This document shows, piece by piece, positions 8,279 through 18,772 of a stretch of DNA of 64,000 bases. Under the pieces are notes generated by a model, which saw only the letters and a list, made by a program, of their open reading frames with translations, was not told the DNA's origin and did no database searches. Positions within the stretch are counted from its first letter, which is position 1. Each line of letters begins with the position of its first letter. A program made the position numbers and the translations under genes. The stretch is from the NCBI GenBank assembly GCA_016844955.1, contig JAERTH010000083.1:15712-79711 (forward strand). Direction: 5' to 3'. The DNA is from Fidelibacterota bacterium. GTDB lineage: Bacteria > Fidelibacterota > UBA8477 > JABMPR01.

Positions 8279-9886
8279 ATGAGTGGCCTGGATTATGTTG
8301 TTATAGTCCTCTACTTTATCATGGTTTTGGGGATAGGTGTTTACTTCTCCCGTAGAACTTCTGATAGCACCGAATACTTCCTGGCCGGAAGGAATGTCGG
8401 GTGGGTAGCCATCGGTGCGTCTCTCTTTGCGTCCAATATTTCCAGTGAACATTTTATAGGCCTGGCTGGAACAGGTTCCAGCAGTGGTCTTGCTGTAGGT
8501 CATTTTGAATGGTTGGCTGCCTTTATCGTCCTCTTCCTGGGCTGGGTTTTTGTCCCCTTCTACTTAAAATCCGGTGTTTTTACCATGCCCGAATTTCTGG
8601 AAAGACGATATGGGCGGTCCAGTCGCATGTATTTAACTTCCGTATCAATTGTAGCTTATGTCATCACAAAAATATCTGTCACCCTGTTCGCTGGTGGATT
8701 GCTCCTGAACAAAATTCTGGGCTGGGATATGATGACTTCAGCTATTGTACTCATTATAGTCACGGGGATATACACGATAGCTGGTGGTTTGAGTGCAGTT
8801 ATCTATACAGAATTGATTCAGTCCATCATCCTGATCGGTGGCGCTATAGTTTTGACCGTGCTTGGTCTCAACGAAGTAGGGGGCTTCACAGGGTTACAGG
8901 CAAAATTGCCACCAGAATTCTTTGAAATGTTCAAGGGTATGAATCATCCGGATTTCCCCTGGACCGGTATTATCTTTGGGGCACCTATTCTGGGAATATG
9001 GTACTGGTGCACGGATCAATTCATCGTACAGCGAGTACTCAGTGCCAAAAATATCAACCATGCCCGTTCAGGTGCCATCCTGGCTGGTTTTCTTAAGATA
9101 TTGCCCGTATTTATTCTGGTATTGCCCGGTTTGATCGCAGCTGCACTTTTTGGTACCACAGGGGATGAAGCCTATCCTACACTGGTTACCAGCTATCTCT
9201 TACCCTCTGGTTTAAAGGGCATCGTCATCGCCAGCCTGCTGGCAGCACTCATGTCTTCACTGGCCAGTGTGTTCAACAGTACATCTACCTTATTTACTAT
9301 TGATTTTTATAAAAACTTTCGACCCGACTCCTCCGAGGTTGAGCTGGTCCTGGTGGGCCGATTAGCTACAACAGTCATGGTGATCCTGGGTGTGCTTGCA
9401 GTACCCTTGATCACCATGCTGAGTAGCCAATTATTTGTCTATCTGCAAAGTGTGCAGGCCTATATAAGTCCTCCTATCGCTGCTGTATTCATTATGGGAA
9501 TTTTCTGGCACAGGGCCAATTCCAGGGGGGCAATATCTGCCCTGGGAGCCGGAGCTGTGCTGGGTGCTCTACGCTTTGTACTTGAAATCCTGGTAAAACA
9601 GGGTGTGTCATTAGGGATGTTTGAATGGTATGCCACCATGAATTTTCTCCATTTTGCAGTCTTTCTCTTCATTATTTCGGTTGGGATAGTCTATGTGGTC
9701 AGCCTGGCTACACCCAGACCCAATCAGCAACAGATCACTGGTTTAACAATGGCTACAGCATCCGAAATGCAGACGGATATGAGTCGTCGCATGGATGTTC
9801 AGGATCCACTTTGGAATAGAATTAACATTATTGCATCTATTGTATTGGTAGTAAGCATACTCATACTCTGGGTGAAATTTGCATAG
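8279..9886 (+). CDS. Sodium:solute symporter family (SSF/SGLT-like) sugar transporter
   Basis: 535-aa polytopic membrane ORF. SSF-type N-terminus 'YFLAGRNVGWVAIGASLFASNISSEHFIGLAG'. About 13-14 hydrophobic segments. Confidence 0.9.
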   Translation: MSGLDYVVIVLYFIMVLGIGVYFSRRTSDSTEYFLAGRNVGWVAIGASLFASNISSEHFIGLAGTGSSSGLAVGHFEWLAAFIVLFLGWVFVPFYLKSGVFTMPEFLERRYGRSSRMYLTSVSIVAYVITKISVTLFAGGLLLNKILGWDMMTSAIVLIIVTGIYTIAGGLSAVIYTELIQSIILIGGAIVLTVLGLNEVGGFTGLQAKLPPEFFEMFKGMNHPDFPWTGIIFGAPILGIWYWCTDQFIVQRVLSAKNINHARSGAILAGFLKILPVFILVLPGLIAAALFGTTGDEAYPTLVTSYLLPSGLKGIVIASLLAALMSSLASVFNSTSTLFTIDFYKNFRPDSSEVELVLVGRLATTVMVILGVLAVPLITMLSSQLFVYLQSVQAYISPPIAAVFIMGIFWHRANSRGAISALGAGAVLGALRFVLEILVKQGVSLGMFEWYATMNFLHFAVFLFIISVGIVYVVSLATPRPNQQQITGLTMATASEMQTDMSRRMDVQDPLWNRINIIASIVLVVSILILWVKFA

Positions 9887-9925
9887 GTTTAACGATATGT
9901 TATTAACAATCAAGGAGGTTACACA

Positions 9926-12460
9926 ATGAAGACAATGTTACGCTTAACACTTGTTCTCACCCTTCTCGTAGTTATCGGACAGGCACAGGTCATCAATAAT
10001 TTTGATGCTGCTCCTGCTGACACCAACTATTGGGAATGGTACGAGCCAGTAACTGAAGGCGGGTTGGAAACCAATCCTGCTGGACATTATGCCATCAGCA
10101 CCGGTGCCGATCCTGAACTGGGTTGGATCGAAGTTAGCTATGTCACCGATATTGTACTGGAAGGTGATGGAGCTATGAAGGTAGATTATAGTATCCACAA
10201 CTCAGAAACCTGGGGTGGTTACTCCAAACTGCATCATTTTGAACCAGATACTCTAAGTTCTGTTACTTATGATTGGTCTCTTTATGACAGTTTGTCCTTC
10301 TCCTACTATAATGTTACACCACAGGACTCAACAGGTCGTGTGCATCTGAGACTCAATCTTGGAGATTATGGCGATATCGATGCACCTGACTATAGTGAAC
10401 TGGGTGAGTTCTGGTATTCTTTCCATTACATCTTGGATGAAGAACCAGGCTGGCACACCATCGAGATGGCACTAGAAAGTTCAGAATCCCAGAGTGGAAC
10501 TGCCTTTAACCATACAGGTTGGTCAGGAACCCCTGGAAACCTCGAGCTTGATACAGACAGAATCAAAAACTGGGCCTTTGAATTTTCCGTCAGTGGTAGT
10601 GGTGATGGCGATGTGGTCACAGGTAGTGTGATTTTTGATGATTTCAAACTGATTGCATCCAAGAACAGTCTTGAAAATGGCAGTTTTGAAACTGCCGATG
10701 CCAATGAAGATGACATGGGTTGGGGTTGGACACATGCTGGTGACGGCCAGGCTCATACAAACATTGTGATGGATGCTGACGTTGCCCGCACAGGTGACTA
10801 CTATGCTGAATTAGGTGTTGAGAATGGTTCAGCCTGGGGTGTTTTCTATACTGAGCAAACCATTCCTGCTTCACAGGGTGAAACCTGGGAATTGGGTGGA
10901 TACATTAAAGACATCTCCGAGACAGTAACCGGCGGAGCATTTGGTGGATATAAGATTGAAGCCAAGAATGATGCTGGAGACATTCTTTACACAACCGGTG
11001 ATGTACTGTTTGATATCACAACCGACTATCAAAAGTTTACTACCAGTGCAGTAATGCCTGAAAATACTACCAATGTAGCAGCCGTTCTGGTGGTGACCCG
11101 TTGGGATGGTTCCAATGTGAACTATGCTTTTGATGATATGTACCTCATGAGTGTTGGTGTGTTGGATCTTGAGCCACCTGTTGAAGTTGCCAATGTCAGC
11201 GCCATTGCTGGTACCAATTTCAACATGGTAACCTGGGATGAGAATGCTGGTGAAGAAGGCGAGACATATAACATTTATGCAAGTCGCTTCCCAATTACTG
11301 ACCTGAGTTCCAACAATGTTGATGTTGTTGCTTCTGGTCACCTTGAAGGTTCACCCACTGTTGTTCATTATCTCTATGCTCCTCTGAATGACGAAGTGCA
11401 GGAATTCTACTACGCCGTTGAATGTGTCGATGCATCAATGAATATTGGACCAGCCGGTGTTGCTGCAGCTACCTATACCAACACTGCTCTGGGTATTCCA
11501 ACTATTTCACTGGTTACACCAACCAACTTTGTTGCGGATGGATTTTTTGATGATTGGGCTGGCATCACACCTTTCCAGATTGGATTCACACCTGGATCAT
11601 GGGGCTATTCAAGTGTATGGCAAACTATAGATAATGATGAAGATTGTTCTGCATCCATCTACTTAGCCATGGATGATGAGTATCTCTATGTAGCCGCAGA
11701 TGTGCTGGATAACGTATACAATGGTTATCTAAATAGTGGCAACTGGTGGGATATGGATGCTTTACAGCTGTTTATAGGTCTATATAACCAACGTGGCGAG
11801 CGTCACAATGCATTGCTCCGTGGGGATGAACCAGATTATGGTTTAATTTTCGCTGACAGCAGCATTTTCCGTGACAATGGTGATCGTTACACACTTGCTG
11901 AAGATGATGATGGCATGTATTACTTTGAAGGTTTTAACCCCGATTATGTTATAGAAGCCATGATTCCTCTGGATTCTCTCGCTTCTGGTGGTGGTTTTAC
12001 TGATCAGGTCTATGCCCCCACAAATGGTGATCGCATTCTCATCGAGCCCATTCTTCATGACAATGATGGAACCTGGGAAGGAAATGTCCAGTCATCCTAT
12101 CTGAATGAAGATAATGCCTGGCAGACACCTGGCGTCTGGAACTACACCTTTGTTGGTGATATGGACGCAGTTGCCATCGATGACGTTGAGACTCCCTCTG
12201 CATATCGCCTGAACAACAATTATCCGAACCCCTTCAACCCAAGCACAGTTATTTCATATAAAATTGCAAACGCAGAACAGGTTCGCCTGAGTGTTTACAA
12301 TGTTCTTGGTCAGGAAGTTGCAGTTCTAGTGGATGAAGTTCAGAATGCTGGTGCGCATGAACTACAGTTCAATGCTGGAACATTGGCTTCAGGTATCTAT
12401 ATGTATAGATTAGAAGCTGGTGGCTATACAAGTACACAAAAAATGATCCTGATGAAATAG
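9926..12460 (+). CDS. Secreted non-catalytic carbohydrate-binding protein (CBM4_9-like + FN3-like + CBM9-like) with T9SS C-terminal sorting domain
   Basis: 844-aa ORF with RBS AAGGAGG and a signal peptide. CBM4_9-like 'ENGSFE...GYKIEAKN'. CBM9-like 'FFDDWAGITPF...YLYVAADVLDN...DALQLFIG'. CTD 'NNYPNPFNPSTVISYKI...GIYMYRLEAGGYTSTQKMILMK'. No catalytic motif recognised. Confidence 0.7.
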   Translation: MKTMLRLTLVLTLLVVIGQAQVINNFDAAPADTNYWEWYEPVTEGGLETNPAGHYAISTGADPELGWIEVSYVTDIVLEGDGAMKVDYSIHNSETWGGYSKLHHFEPDTLSSVTYDWSLYDSLSFSYYNVTPQDSTGRVHLRLNLGDYGDIDAPDYSELGEFWYSFHYILDEEPGWHTIEMALESSESQSGTAFNHTGWSGTPGNLELDTDRIKNWAFEFSVSGSGDGDVVTGSVIFDDFKLIASKNSLENGSFETADANEDDMGWGWTHAGDGQAHTNIVMDADVARTGDYYAELGVENGSAWGVFYTEQTIPASQGETWELGGYIKDISETVTGGAFGGYKIEAKNDAGDILYTTGDVLFDITTDYQKFTTSAVMPENTTNVAAVLVVTRWDGSNVNYAFDDMYLMSVGVLDLEPPVEVANVSAIAGTNFNMVTWDENAGEEGETYNIYASRFPITDLSSNNVDVVASGHLEGSPTVVHYLYAPLNDEVQEFYYAVECVDASMNIGPAGVAAATYTNTALGIPTISLVTPTNFVADGFFDDWAGITPFQIGFTPGSWGYSSVWQTIDNDEDCSASIYLAMDDEYLYVAADVLDNVYNGYLNSGNWWDMDALQLFIGLYNQRGERHNALLRGDEPDYGLIFADSSIFRDNGDRYTLAEDDDGMYYFEGFNPDYVIEAMIPLDSLASGGGFTDQVYAPTNGDRILIEPILHDNDGTWEGNVQSSYLNEDNAWQTPGVWNYTFVGDMDAVAIDDVETPSAYRLNNNYPNPFNPSTVISYKIANAEQVRLSVYNVLGQEVAVLVDEVQNAGAHELQFNAGTLASGIYMYRLEAGGYTSTQKMILMK

Positions 12461-12492
12461 GATCGTTGACGTTATAAGTAAATAAATATCAA

Positions 12493-12525
12493 GGGGGGGG
12501 AGATTAGACATTCCTCCCCCTTTTT
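12493..12525 (+). terminator. Rho-independent terminator/attenuator after the CBM protein gene
   Basis: Stem GGGGGAG (12496-12502) / CTCCCCC (14-20 of 125xx), 11-nt loop, followed by TTTTT (12521-12525). Only 17 nt separate it from the TonB-receptor start, so read-through is likely needed. Confidence 0.65.
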
Positions 12526-12542
12526 AAGTAGGTAACAGATAG

Positions 12543-15245
12543 ATGATGAAATTTCACTTGAGTAAACTCCGCCGAACATTCCTGACATCAGGCTTGTTTA
12601 TGATTTTAAGTAGTGGTTTGCTGGCGCAGACGACTGGCAAGATCGCTGGGACAATCGTTGATGAGGGAACCGGCGAACCTTTACCCGGTGCCAATATTGT
12701 ACTGGTTGATACCCGTATGGGTGCAGCTGCAGATATTGAAGGACGCTATTATATTCTGAATATTCGCCCCGGTCACTATGACCTACGGGTAGATATGATT
12801 GGATATGCCCCGGTTATCGTGGAAAATATCCCTGTTTCAATCAACAGGACGGTTCCAGTTGATGTCAAAATGACACCTGCCACCATCAGTGGTGAGGTTG
12901 TTGTGGTTGAGGTAGAACGAGCAGCCATGAAAAAGGACCAGACCGGAACCATTAAGAATATTTCTTCCGAACAACTGGAAATCCTACCGGTTGAGAACCT
13001 GGGGGCCGTTGTAGCCATGCAGGCAGGTGTAGTCGAAGGCCACTTCCGCGGTGGACGTTCAACTGAAGTTTCATATATGATTGATGGTGTGGCTGTGGAT
13101 GAGACCTTTGGTGGTCAATATGCTGCAGTTGACATTGAACCAGAGACTATCAAGGATCTGGAAGTCATCACCGGTACATTTAATGCCGAATATGGCCGTG
13201 CCATGAGTGGTGTTGTAAACGCCGTGACAAAAGATGGTAGCAAAAATTTTGAAGGCTCATTCTATACTGGATTAGCCAACTATTTAACCACGAATGATAC
13301 TATTTTTCCCGGGATTGATGAAGCGGGAGTGAACCGAAATGAGGACTATAAGTTTCAATTGAGCGGTCCCCTGGTCGGTGACAAAGTTACTTTCTTTTTT
13401 AATACGCGTTATCAGAATAATCGCAACCACTTGAACGCCCTGAGCCGATTTAAAGTGACCGATCTCAGTGACTATACATCTGAGCAGCCATCGGAGTGGA
13501 TAACTGAGAATACTGGAGACAGCGTTTATGTCCCCATGAATGGTTCTGAGAATCGCTCATTTCTGGGCAAAATTGCAATGAATATTTTCAGTGGTGGCAA
13601 GGTATCGATTATGCACTCCATCAATAGGGACAGATGGGATGGATACGATCATGGTTATAAATACAATCCAGATGGTGTGGCCAGCACATACAGAGAAACT
13701 GATTTTACTGTCCTGCAGTTAAATCACATGCTTTCAAATAGCCTGTTCTATGAAACCAAATTATCTAAGATGGTTAACTACAACGGGTACTACATTTTTG
13801 AAAATGTAGCCGATTCAGGTTACGTTAATGATGTCTATTCCAATAATTATGGCCCTGGTCTGTTCACCGGAGGTCAGAATAAGGACCATAGCGAACGCTG
13901 GATGACCGATCTGGCTGCCAAGTTTGATCTGACCTGGCAGATGAATTCACACCACAACATTAAAACCGGTGTTAACTATGTAAAACATGACCTGACCAAT
14001 GAGTGGTATCAAATTCGAAATCTCTGGGAGAATACGGAATTTGAGTCAGAACGCTATACACCCGTAACCTATGGTGATAGCTCAGTCTATGCAGACGTGT
14101 ACACCGTCAATCCAGTTGACTTCTCGGCCTATATTCAGGATAAAATGGAATATGATGAGATGGTTATCAATTTTGGATTACGCTATGACTGGTTTGACCC
14201 TGCAACCGTCTATCCTACCAACCTTAGAAACCCTGCGAATCAGCTACAGTTTGAAAACGACTCAAGCCGAACTTCACAATATCCTGAAACGCCGACAACT
14301 TCACAAATCAGCCCTCGTATTGGACTGGCTTATCAATTAGGAAATAAGGCCATTCTCCATTTTAGCTATGGCCACTTTTTCCAGTTGCCGCCCATGTATG
14401 CCATGTACCAGAATCATTCCTTCCTGATTGCACCCAGTGATTACGCAACAACCAATGGAAACTCAAACCTGAAATCTGAAAAGACAGTGGCCTACGAAAT
14501 AGGTCTCTGGCAGGAAGTGGGTCCAGGGATGGGACTGGAAGTATCGCTTTTCTATAAAGACATCTACAATCTGTTGAGTACAAAAGTGATCAGTACTTAT
14601 AACCAGATTGAATATGGCATGTATACCAATAAGGACTATGGAAATGTCAGGGGATTGGAAGTCAAATTTGATGTTTTCCAGGCACCTCTAAACTTCTGGG
14701 TGAATTACACACTTCAATACACTCGCGGTAATGCAGATTCACCGAATCAGTCCTTTGACCGAGCCGGTTCCAACCAGGATCCTGTGAACAAGTTTATTCC
14801 TATGAGTTGGGATCAACGCCACACGCTGAATGGGACGCTGGGCTATATTGGTGACAATTATGGAGTTTCCATCACTGGATACTTTAACTCCGGTGCACCA
14901 TACACCTTCTCACCCCAGGGAGAGAGCGTGTTGGCCCGTGTGAATCTGGATCCCAACAATGATTATCGTCCCATTAGATATCATGCTGATATGACGGCCT
15001 ATTATCATCTGAAACTCATGGGTAAAACCAGTCTACGCTTTGATCTCTCCATTTACAACCTGTTTGATCGTCTTAACGAGAACTGGGTCAGTGGCGAGAC
15101 CGGCCGAGCCTATACTGCTATCGTAACTGATGCCGAACTATCTAATTTTAAGAGTGACTTTAGTGAATATCGTGAACTTTATCAAGATCCCAGCGCATAC
15201 AGCGCTCCTCGCCAGATCAAACTGGGCGTGGGAATCAATTTCTAG
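12543..15245 (+). CDS. TonB-dependent outer-membrane receptor with N-terminal CarboxypepD_reg domain (SusC-like architecture, no SusD partner)
   Basis: 900-aa ORF with a signal peptide. 'GKIAGTIVDEGTGEPLPGANIVL' (CarboxypepD_reg). Plug region 'ISSEQLEILPVENLGAVVAMQAGV'. 'TFNAEYGRAMSGVVN'. C-terminal barrel strand ending '...KLGVGINF'. Confidence 0.9.
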   Translation: MMKFHLSKLRRTFLTSGLFMILSSGLLAQTTGKIAGTIVDEGTGEPLPGANIVLVDTRMGAAADIEGRYYILNIRPGHYDLRVDMIGYAPVIVENIPVSINRTVPVDVKMTPATISGEVVVVEVERAAMKKDQTGTIKNISSEQLEILPVENLGAVVAMQAGVVEGHFRGGRSTEVSYMIDGVAVDETFGGQYAAVDIEPETIKDLEVITGTFNAEYGRAMSGVVNAVTKDGSKNFEGSFYTGLANYLTTNDTIFPGIDEAGVNRNEDYKFQLSGPLVGDKVTFFFNTRYQNNRNHLNALSRFKVTDLSDYTSEQPSEWITENTGDSVYVPMNGSENRSFLGKIAMNIFSGGKVSIMHSINRDRWDGYDHGYKYNPDGVASTYRETDFTVLQLNHMLSNSLFYETKLSKMVNYNGYYIFENVADSGYVNDVYSNNYGPGLFTGGQNKDHSERWMTDLAAKFDLTWQMNSHHNIKTGVNYVKHDLTNEWYQIRNLWENTEFESERYTPVTYGDSSVYADVYTVNPVDFSAYIQDKMEYDEMVINFGLRYDWFDPATVYPTNLRNPANQLQFENDSSRTSQYPETPTTSQISPRIGLAYQLGNKAILHFSYGHFFQLPPMYAMYQNHSFLIAPSDYATTNGNSNLKSEKTVAYEIGLWQEVGPGMGLEVSLFYKDIYNLLSTKVISTYNQIEYGMYTNKDYGNVRGLEVKFDVFQAPLNFWVNYTLQYTRGNADSPNQSFDRAGSNQDPVNKFIPMSWDQRHTLNGTLGYIGDNYGVSITGYFNSGAPYTFSPQGESVLARVNLDPNNDYRPIRYHADMTAYYHLKLMGKTSLRFDLSIYNLFDRLNENWVSGETGRAYTAIVTDAELSNFKSDFSEYRELYQDPSAYSAPRQIKLGVGINF

Positions 15246-15254
15246 GAGTATGAA

Positions 15255-18200
15255 ATGAGAATGAACCAAAAACTTCCCTTGTTTCTCATGCTCCTCATGG
15301 TGCTGGGACTCGTACAATTAAATGCCCAGGGACGTCCCTATGAAGGTCCCACGGATAATGCTGGAGATCCAGCCTTTAATCGTGAAGGGTATATGACCGG
15401 TAATAGAGTGTTGATGTATTTTCAAAATTCAACCGAACTTTCATCCTGGCAAAAGCCCAATGTGTCTCGCTGGCCAAACAACTCCAGCGGCACCAAAATG
15501 ACCGATGGTATTGGTCTGCTCATAGGAGCCAAGGTCTTCATCGAAGATAATGGTGCTCCCGTAGATTCCATCCCAATACAGGGTTTGCTGGGGGATGTTT
15601 TAAATCAGGACCACCACACTCTCTATTATCTCCAGACCAGTTATCGAGAGGAGATGGATCGGGCACTTGTGGGTGATGTAATCTGGGGCTTGTTTCCCGT
15701 CGAAGGTTACTCAAACCTGCTTAGCGATTATCCTGCCATGAGCCACCTTGAAGAATCCTGGCCTGAAGCTGGATGGCCCGCTCTGAATGGTGCCTTGAAA
15801 TGGCCCGGTGAGTGGAATGGTCGGTTCGGCCGAGGTGTCACATACGCGGATATGGAAAGTTTCTTTGTCGTCAATGATGCCCAGGATCAGGAGAATCTGG
15901 GATTTGAAGATGCCATAAAATATTATCCTAAACCAGGTCATTTGATTCAAAGTGATGCTACACAACAACCAGGTGCCCCATGGGGTGGATTAGGTATTCG
16001 TGTTGCTACCCGCGGTTTTCAGTGGAATAACCCACAGGCCCGTGATGCCATCTTCTGGGAATACAATATTGCCAACACCTCGGACTATGACCTGCTGGAA
16101 GTTGCCTTTGGTTACTGGGTGGACAATGCCATTGGTCACAGTCAGTCTGGTGGTGGCGGCTCCAGTGATGGTGATGATGAAAAAGGGTATTTTGACGATG
16201 AACTTGATATGGCCTATTCCTGGGATGTTTCTGGTCGTGGTGTAGGTAATCTTAAAACTGGGACCCTGGGATTTGCCTACCTTGAAAGCCCTGGTGTACC
16301 CGATGATTTCATTGATAATGATGGTGATGGACTTACGGACGAAAAACGTGACAATGAACCCATAGCCATGGTTGGTGCCTATGATGGTATCGACGATTTA
16401 GCTAAATTCCTGGAGTTTTACAAATTGAACGAAGCAGATCTCCGTCCCCATTGGGATGCAGATGAAGACCAGGATTGGGAAGATGGTGTGGATGCCAACG
16501 GTGACGGTATCTACCAGGTTTCCGAGTACTATGGTGATGATGTTGGTCTGGATGGTGTGGGACCTGGAGAATTGAATTATTATGGTCCTGACCAGGGAGA
16601 AGGGGATCATATGCCTTCGTTCCAGGAAGGGGTTGGATGTGAACCTAATTTCAATCTCACCGATGTGTCTGAATCAGATATGATTGGTTTAACTGCCTTT
16701 CAGATGTTTCCCGTACCATCACACTCGCAGTCAAATACCACCCTCTGGTTTAAAAATGATCAGGCTATGTGGAATCTGGTCTCCAGTGATACACTGGAAG
16801 AGTATACCACCAATGTTTCCAATCTGATTGAGGTCTTTGCCTCCGGTCCTTTTCCTCTGGCACAGGGCTTAACCGAGCGTATTTCCATGAGTGAGTTACA
16901 CTCATATGATGATATCGATGGACTTAACTCTGATGAGCACAGAGCTCCTGCCCTTTATGAGTTGAAGAAAATTGTCCAGGTCATCTATGAAAAGGATTAT
17001 CGTTTTGCACAACCTCCCAAGATGCCCACACTCACAGCCACCGCTGATGATGGTCGGGTAATTCTAACCTGGGATGATATTGCTGATAAGCGTACACGTG
17101 ATCCCTTTGTAGGTAATATTAATGATTTCGAGGGTTACAAAATCTATCGCTCCACTGATAAATTCCTATCTGATCCTGAGATTATTACTGATGGATTTGG
17201 TCAGCCCACTTTTAAAACGCCGATTTATCAATGTGATTTAAAAGATGACATTCAGGGATTTACAGATTTTGGTCTGTTGAATGGTACTGCCTATTATCTG
17301 GGGAGTGAAACGGGTTTGTCTCACCGTTATATCGATAACAATGTTCAGAATGGTCGGACTTATTATTATGCATTGGTTGCCTATGACTTTGGAGCGCCCG
17401 ATGTTGGTCCCGGTATATCACCCTCTGAAAACAATGCTGTCATTGAGTTAGATGAAGCTGAGAATGTTCGCTCCGTCGGCAAAAACGTTGCTATCATGGT
17501 CCCACGTCAACAAGCTGCAGGGTATATCCCACCTGAGATTGTTCAGGAAGAGAATGATATGATTATAGGTAGTGGTACTATCACACCGGAAATCCTATCA
17601 ATCGGGGCCCTTGCCGAAAATCATGAATACCTCGTGACCTTCGATGTGGATACCATCAAACAAATGGATGGTTATGACTACGGCTTGTTTTACTCTACAT
17701 CAGGGTTTTCGATCTGGGATGTGACAGATACATCACGTCTGGTCTATTCGGAAGACAGCAGCTCATACTCTGGTGAGAATATCTACCACGTTGATCGCGA
17801 TTCCCTGGATGTTGGCCTGGGTTACTATCCATTCTATACACTGAATAACACAGACGTAAGTACTGACATCTTTGATGGGCTTCAGCTCTCAATTGATCTT
17901 GGGACTCAGTACGCCAAATATAGCTATCCAAAATCAGGTTGGCTGCAGGGGAGTGGCCTCATCAATGTCACACCTACTGTCTTTGAGTCAAGAATGTTGG
18001 CCTGGGATTATGAGATTATTTTTACTGATAATGATTCTGCCTATGTTGGCAAGGCGCGAGGTGGCTCTCCCAAGGATTATGATGGGGTAACCATCCAGAA
18101 TCCCTTGTGGCGTCAGGCCTACCCATTCTATGTTCAGAATACCACCTTTACCGATACGCTGGGTCAATATGAACAGTTTGATATGGTGATCGATGATCTC

Positions 18201-18761
18201 AATCAGAATGGCGTCTATGACATCCTGGAAGATAAAGTTCTCGTGGGTGTTACCGACAGTCGATTACGCTGGAAGGGAACAGTTTTCACCATTGATTTTA
18301 AATTCGTGACTGAAAACACGCTCCCTCAACCAGATGATGTGTATCGCGTCGTTTTTGACCGACCTTTCTTCAATACAGATTCTATTCGCTTCTCAGTAGA
18401 GGCCACTGACGATCTGGATCTTGACTATCTGAGAACCAAGATGGATAGTATACAGGTTGTACCCAACCCATATGTGGTGACCAATATGATGGAATCAGCG
18501 GTGGCGAACCCTTTCTTGAATCAGAGAAGACAGATCATGTTCACACATCTTCCTTCAGAATGTACCATTCATATCTTCACAGTGAGTGGAACCCTGGTTG
18601 ACAAATTGATCGTTGAGAATGCAGACCCCCAAAATGGCATTGCCCATTGGGACATGCTGACTCGAGAGGGATTGGAGATTGCGGCAGGTATGTACCTTTA
18701 TCACGTTGAATCCACCCAGACGGGTGAAGTTAAAACCGGCAAATTTGCCGTGATCAAATAG
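15255..18761 (+). CDS. Large secreted protein of unknown function (Ca-binding TSP3/dockerin-like Asp repeats, FN3-like domain, variant FlgD-Ig/T9SS-like C-terminal domain)
   Basis: 1168-aa ORF starting 9 nt after the TBDT stop, with a signal peptide. 'DNDGDGLTDEKRDN' and 'DADEDQDWEDGVDANGDG'. FN3-like 'GRVILTWDDIAD...FEGYKIYRS'. The C-terminus 'VVPNPYVV...CTIHIFTVSGTLV...GMYLYHVESTQTGEVKTGKFAVIK' deviates from the 'YPNPFNP' CTD seen in other cargo in this window. Confidence 0.6.
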   Translation: MRMNQKLPLFLMLLMVLGLVQLNAQGRPYEGPTDNAGDPAFNREGYMTGNRVLMYFQNSTELSSWQKPNVSRWPNNSSGTKMTDGIGLLIGAKVFIEDNGAPVDSIPIQGLLGDVLNQDHHTLYYLQTSYREEMDRALVGDVIWGLFPVEGYSNLLSDYPAMSHLEESWPEAGWPALNGALKWPGEWNGRFGRGVTYADMESFFVVNDAQDQENLGFEDAIKYYPKPGHLIQSDATQQPGAPWGGLGIRVATRGFQWNNPQARDAIFWEYNIANTSDYDLLEVAFGYWVDNAIGHSQSGGGGSSDGDDEKGYFDDELDMAYSWDVSGRGVGNLKTGTLGFAYLESPGVPDDFIDNDGDGLTDEKRDNEPIAMVGAYDGIDDLAKFLEFYKLNEADLRPHWDADEDQDWEDGVDANGDGIYQVSEYYGDDVGLDGVGPGELNYYGPDQGEGDHMPSFQEGVGCEPNFNLTDVSESDMIGLTAFQMFPVPSHSQSNTTLWFKNDQAMWNLVSSDTLEEYTTNVSNLIEVFASGPFPLAQGLTERISMSELHSYDDIDGLNSDEHRAPALYELKKIVQVIYEKDYRFAQPPKMPTLTATADDGRVILTWDDIADKRTRDPFVGNINDFEGYKIYRSTDKFLSDPEIITDGFGQPTFKTPIYQCDLKDDIQGFTDFGLLNGTAYYLGSETGLSHRYIDNNVQNGRTYYYALVAYDFGAPDVGPGISPSENNAVIELDEAENVRSVGKNVAIMVPRQQAAGYIPPEIVQEENDMIIGSGTITPEILSIGALAENHEYLVTFDVDTIKQMDGYDYGLFYSTSGFSIWDVTDTSRLVYSEDSSSYSGENIYHVDRDSLDVGLGYYPFYTLNNTDVSTDIFDGLQLSIDLGTQYAKYSYPKSGWLQGSGLINVTPTVFESRMLAWDYEIIFTDNDSAYVGKARGGSPKDYDGVTIQNPLWRQAYPFYVQNTTFTDTLGQYEQFDMVIDDLNQNGVYDILEDKVLVGVTDSRLRWKGTVFTIDFKFVTENTLPQPDDVYRVVFDRPFFNTDSIRFSVEATDDLDLDYLRTKMDSIQVVPNPYVVTNMMESAVANPFLNQRRQIMFTHLPSECTIHIFTVSGTLVDKLIVENADPQNGIAHWDMLTREGLEIAAGMYLYHVESTQTGEVKTGKFAVIK

Positions 18762-18772
18762 GGAGGTGAGAG

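Noticed and set aside
8509-8925. 138-aa alternative-frame + strand ORF within the SSF transporter gene.
   Set aside because: It lies fully inside a well-supported polytopic transporter ORF. The translation is Cys/His/Trp-rich and nonsensical.
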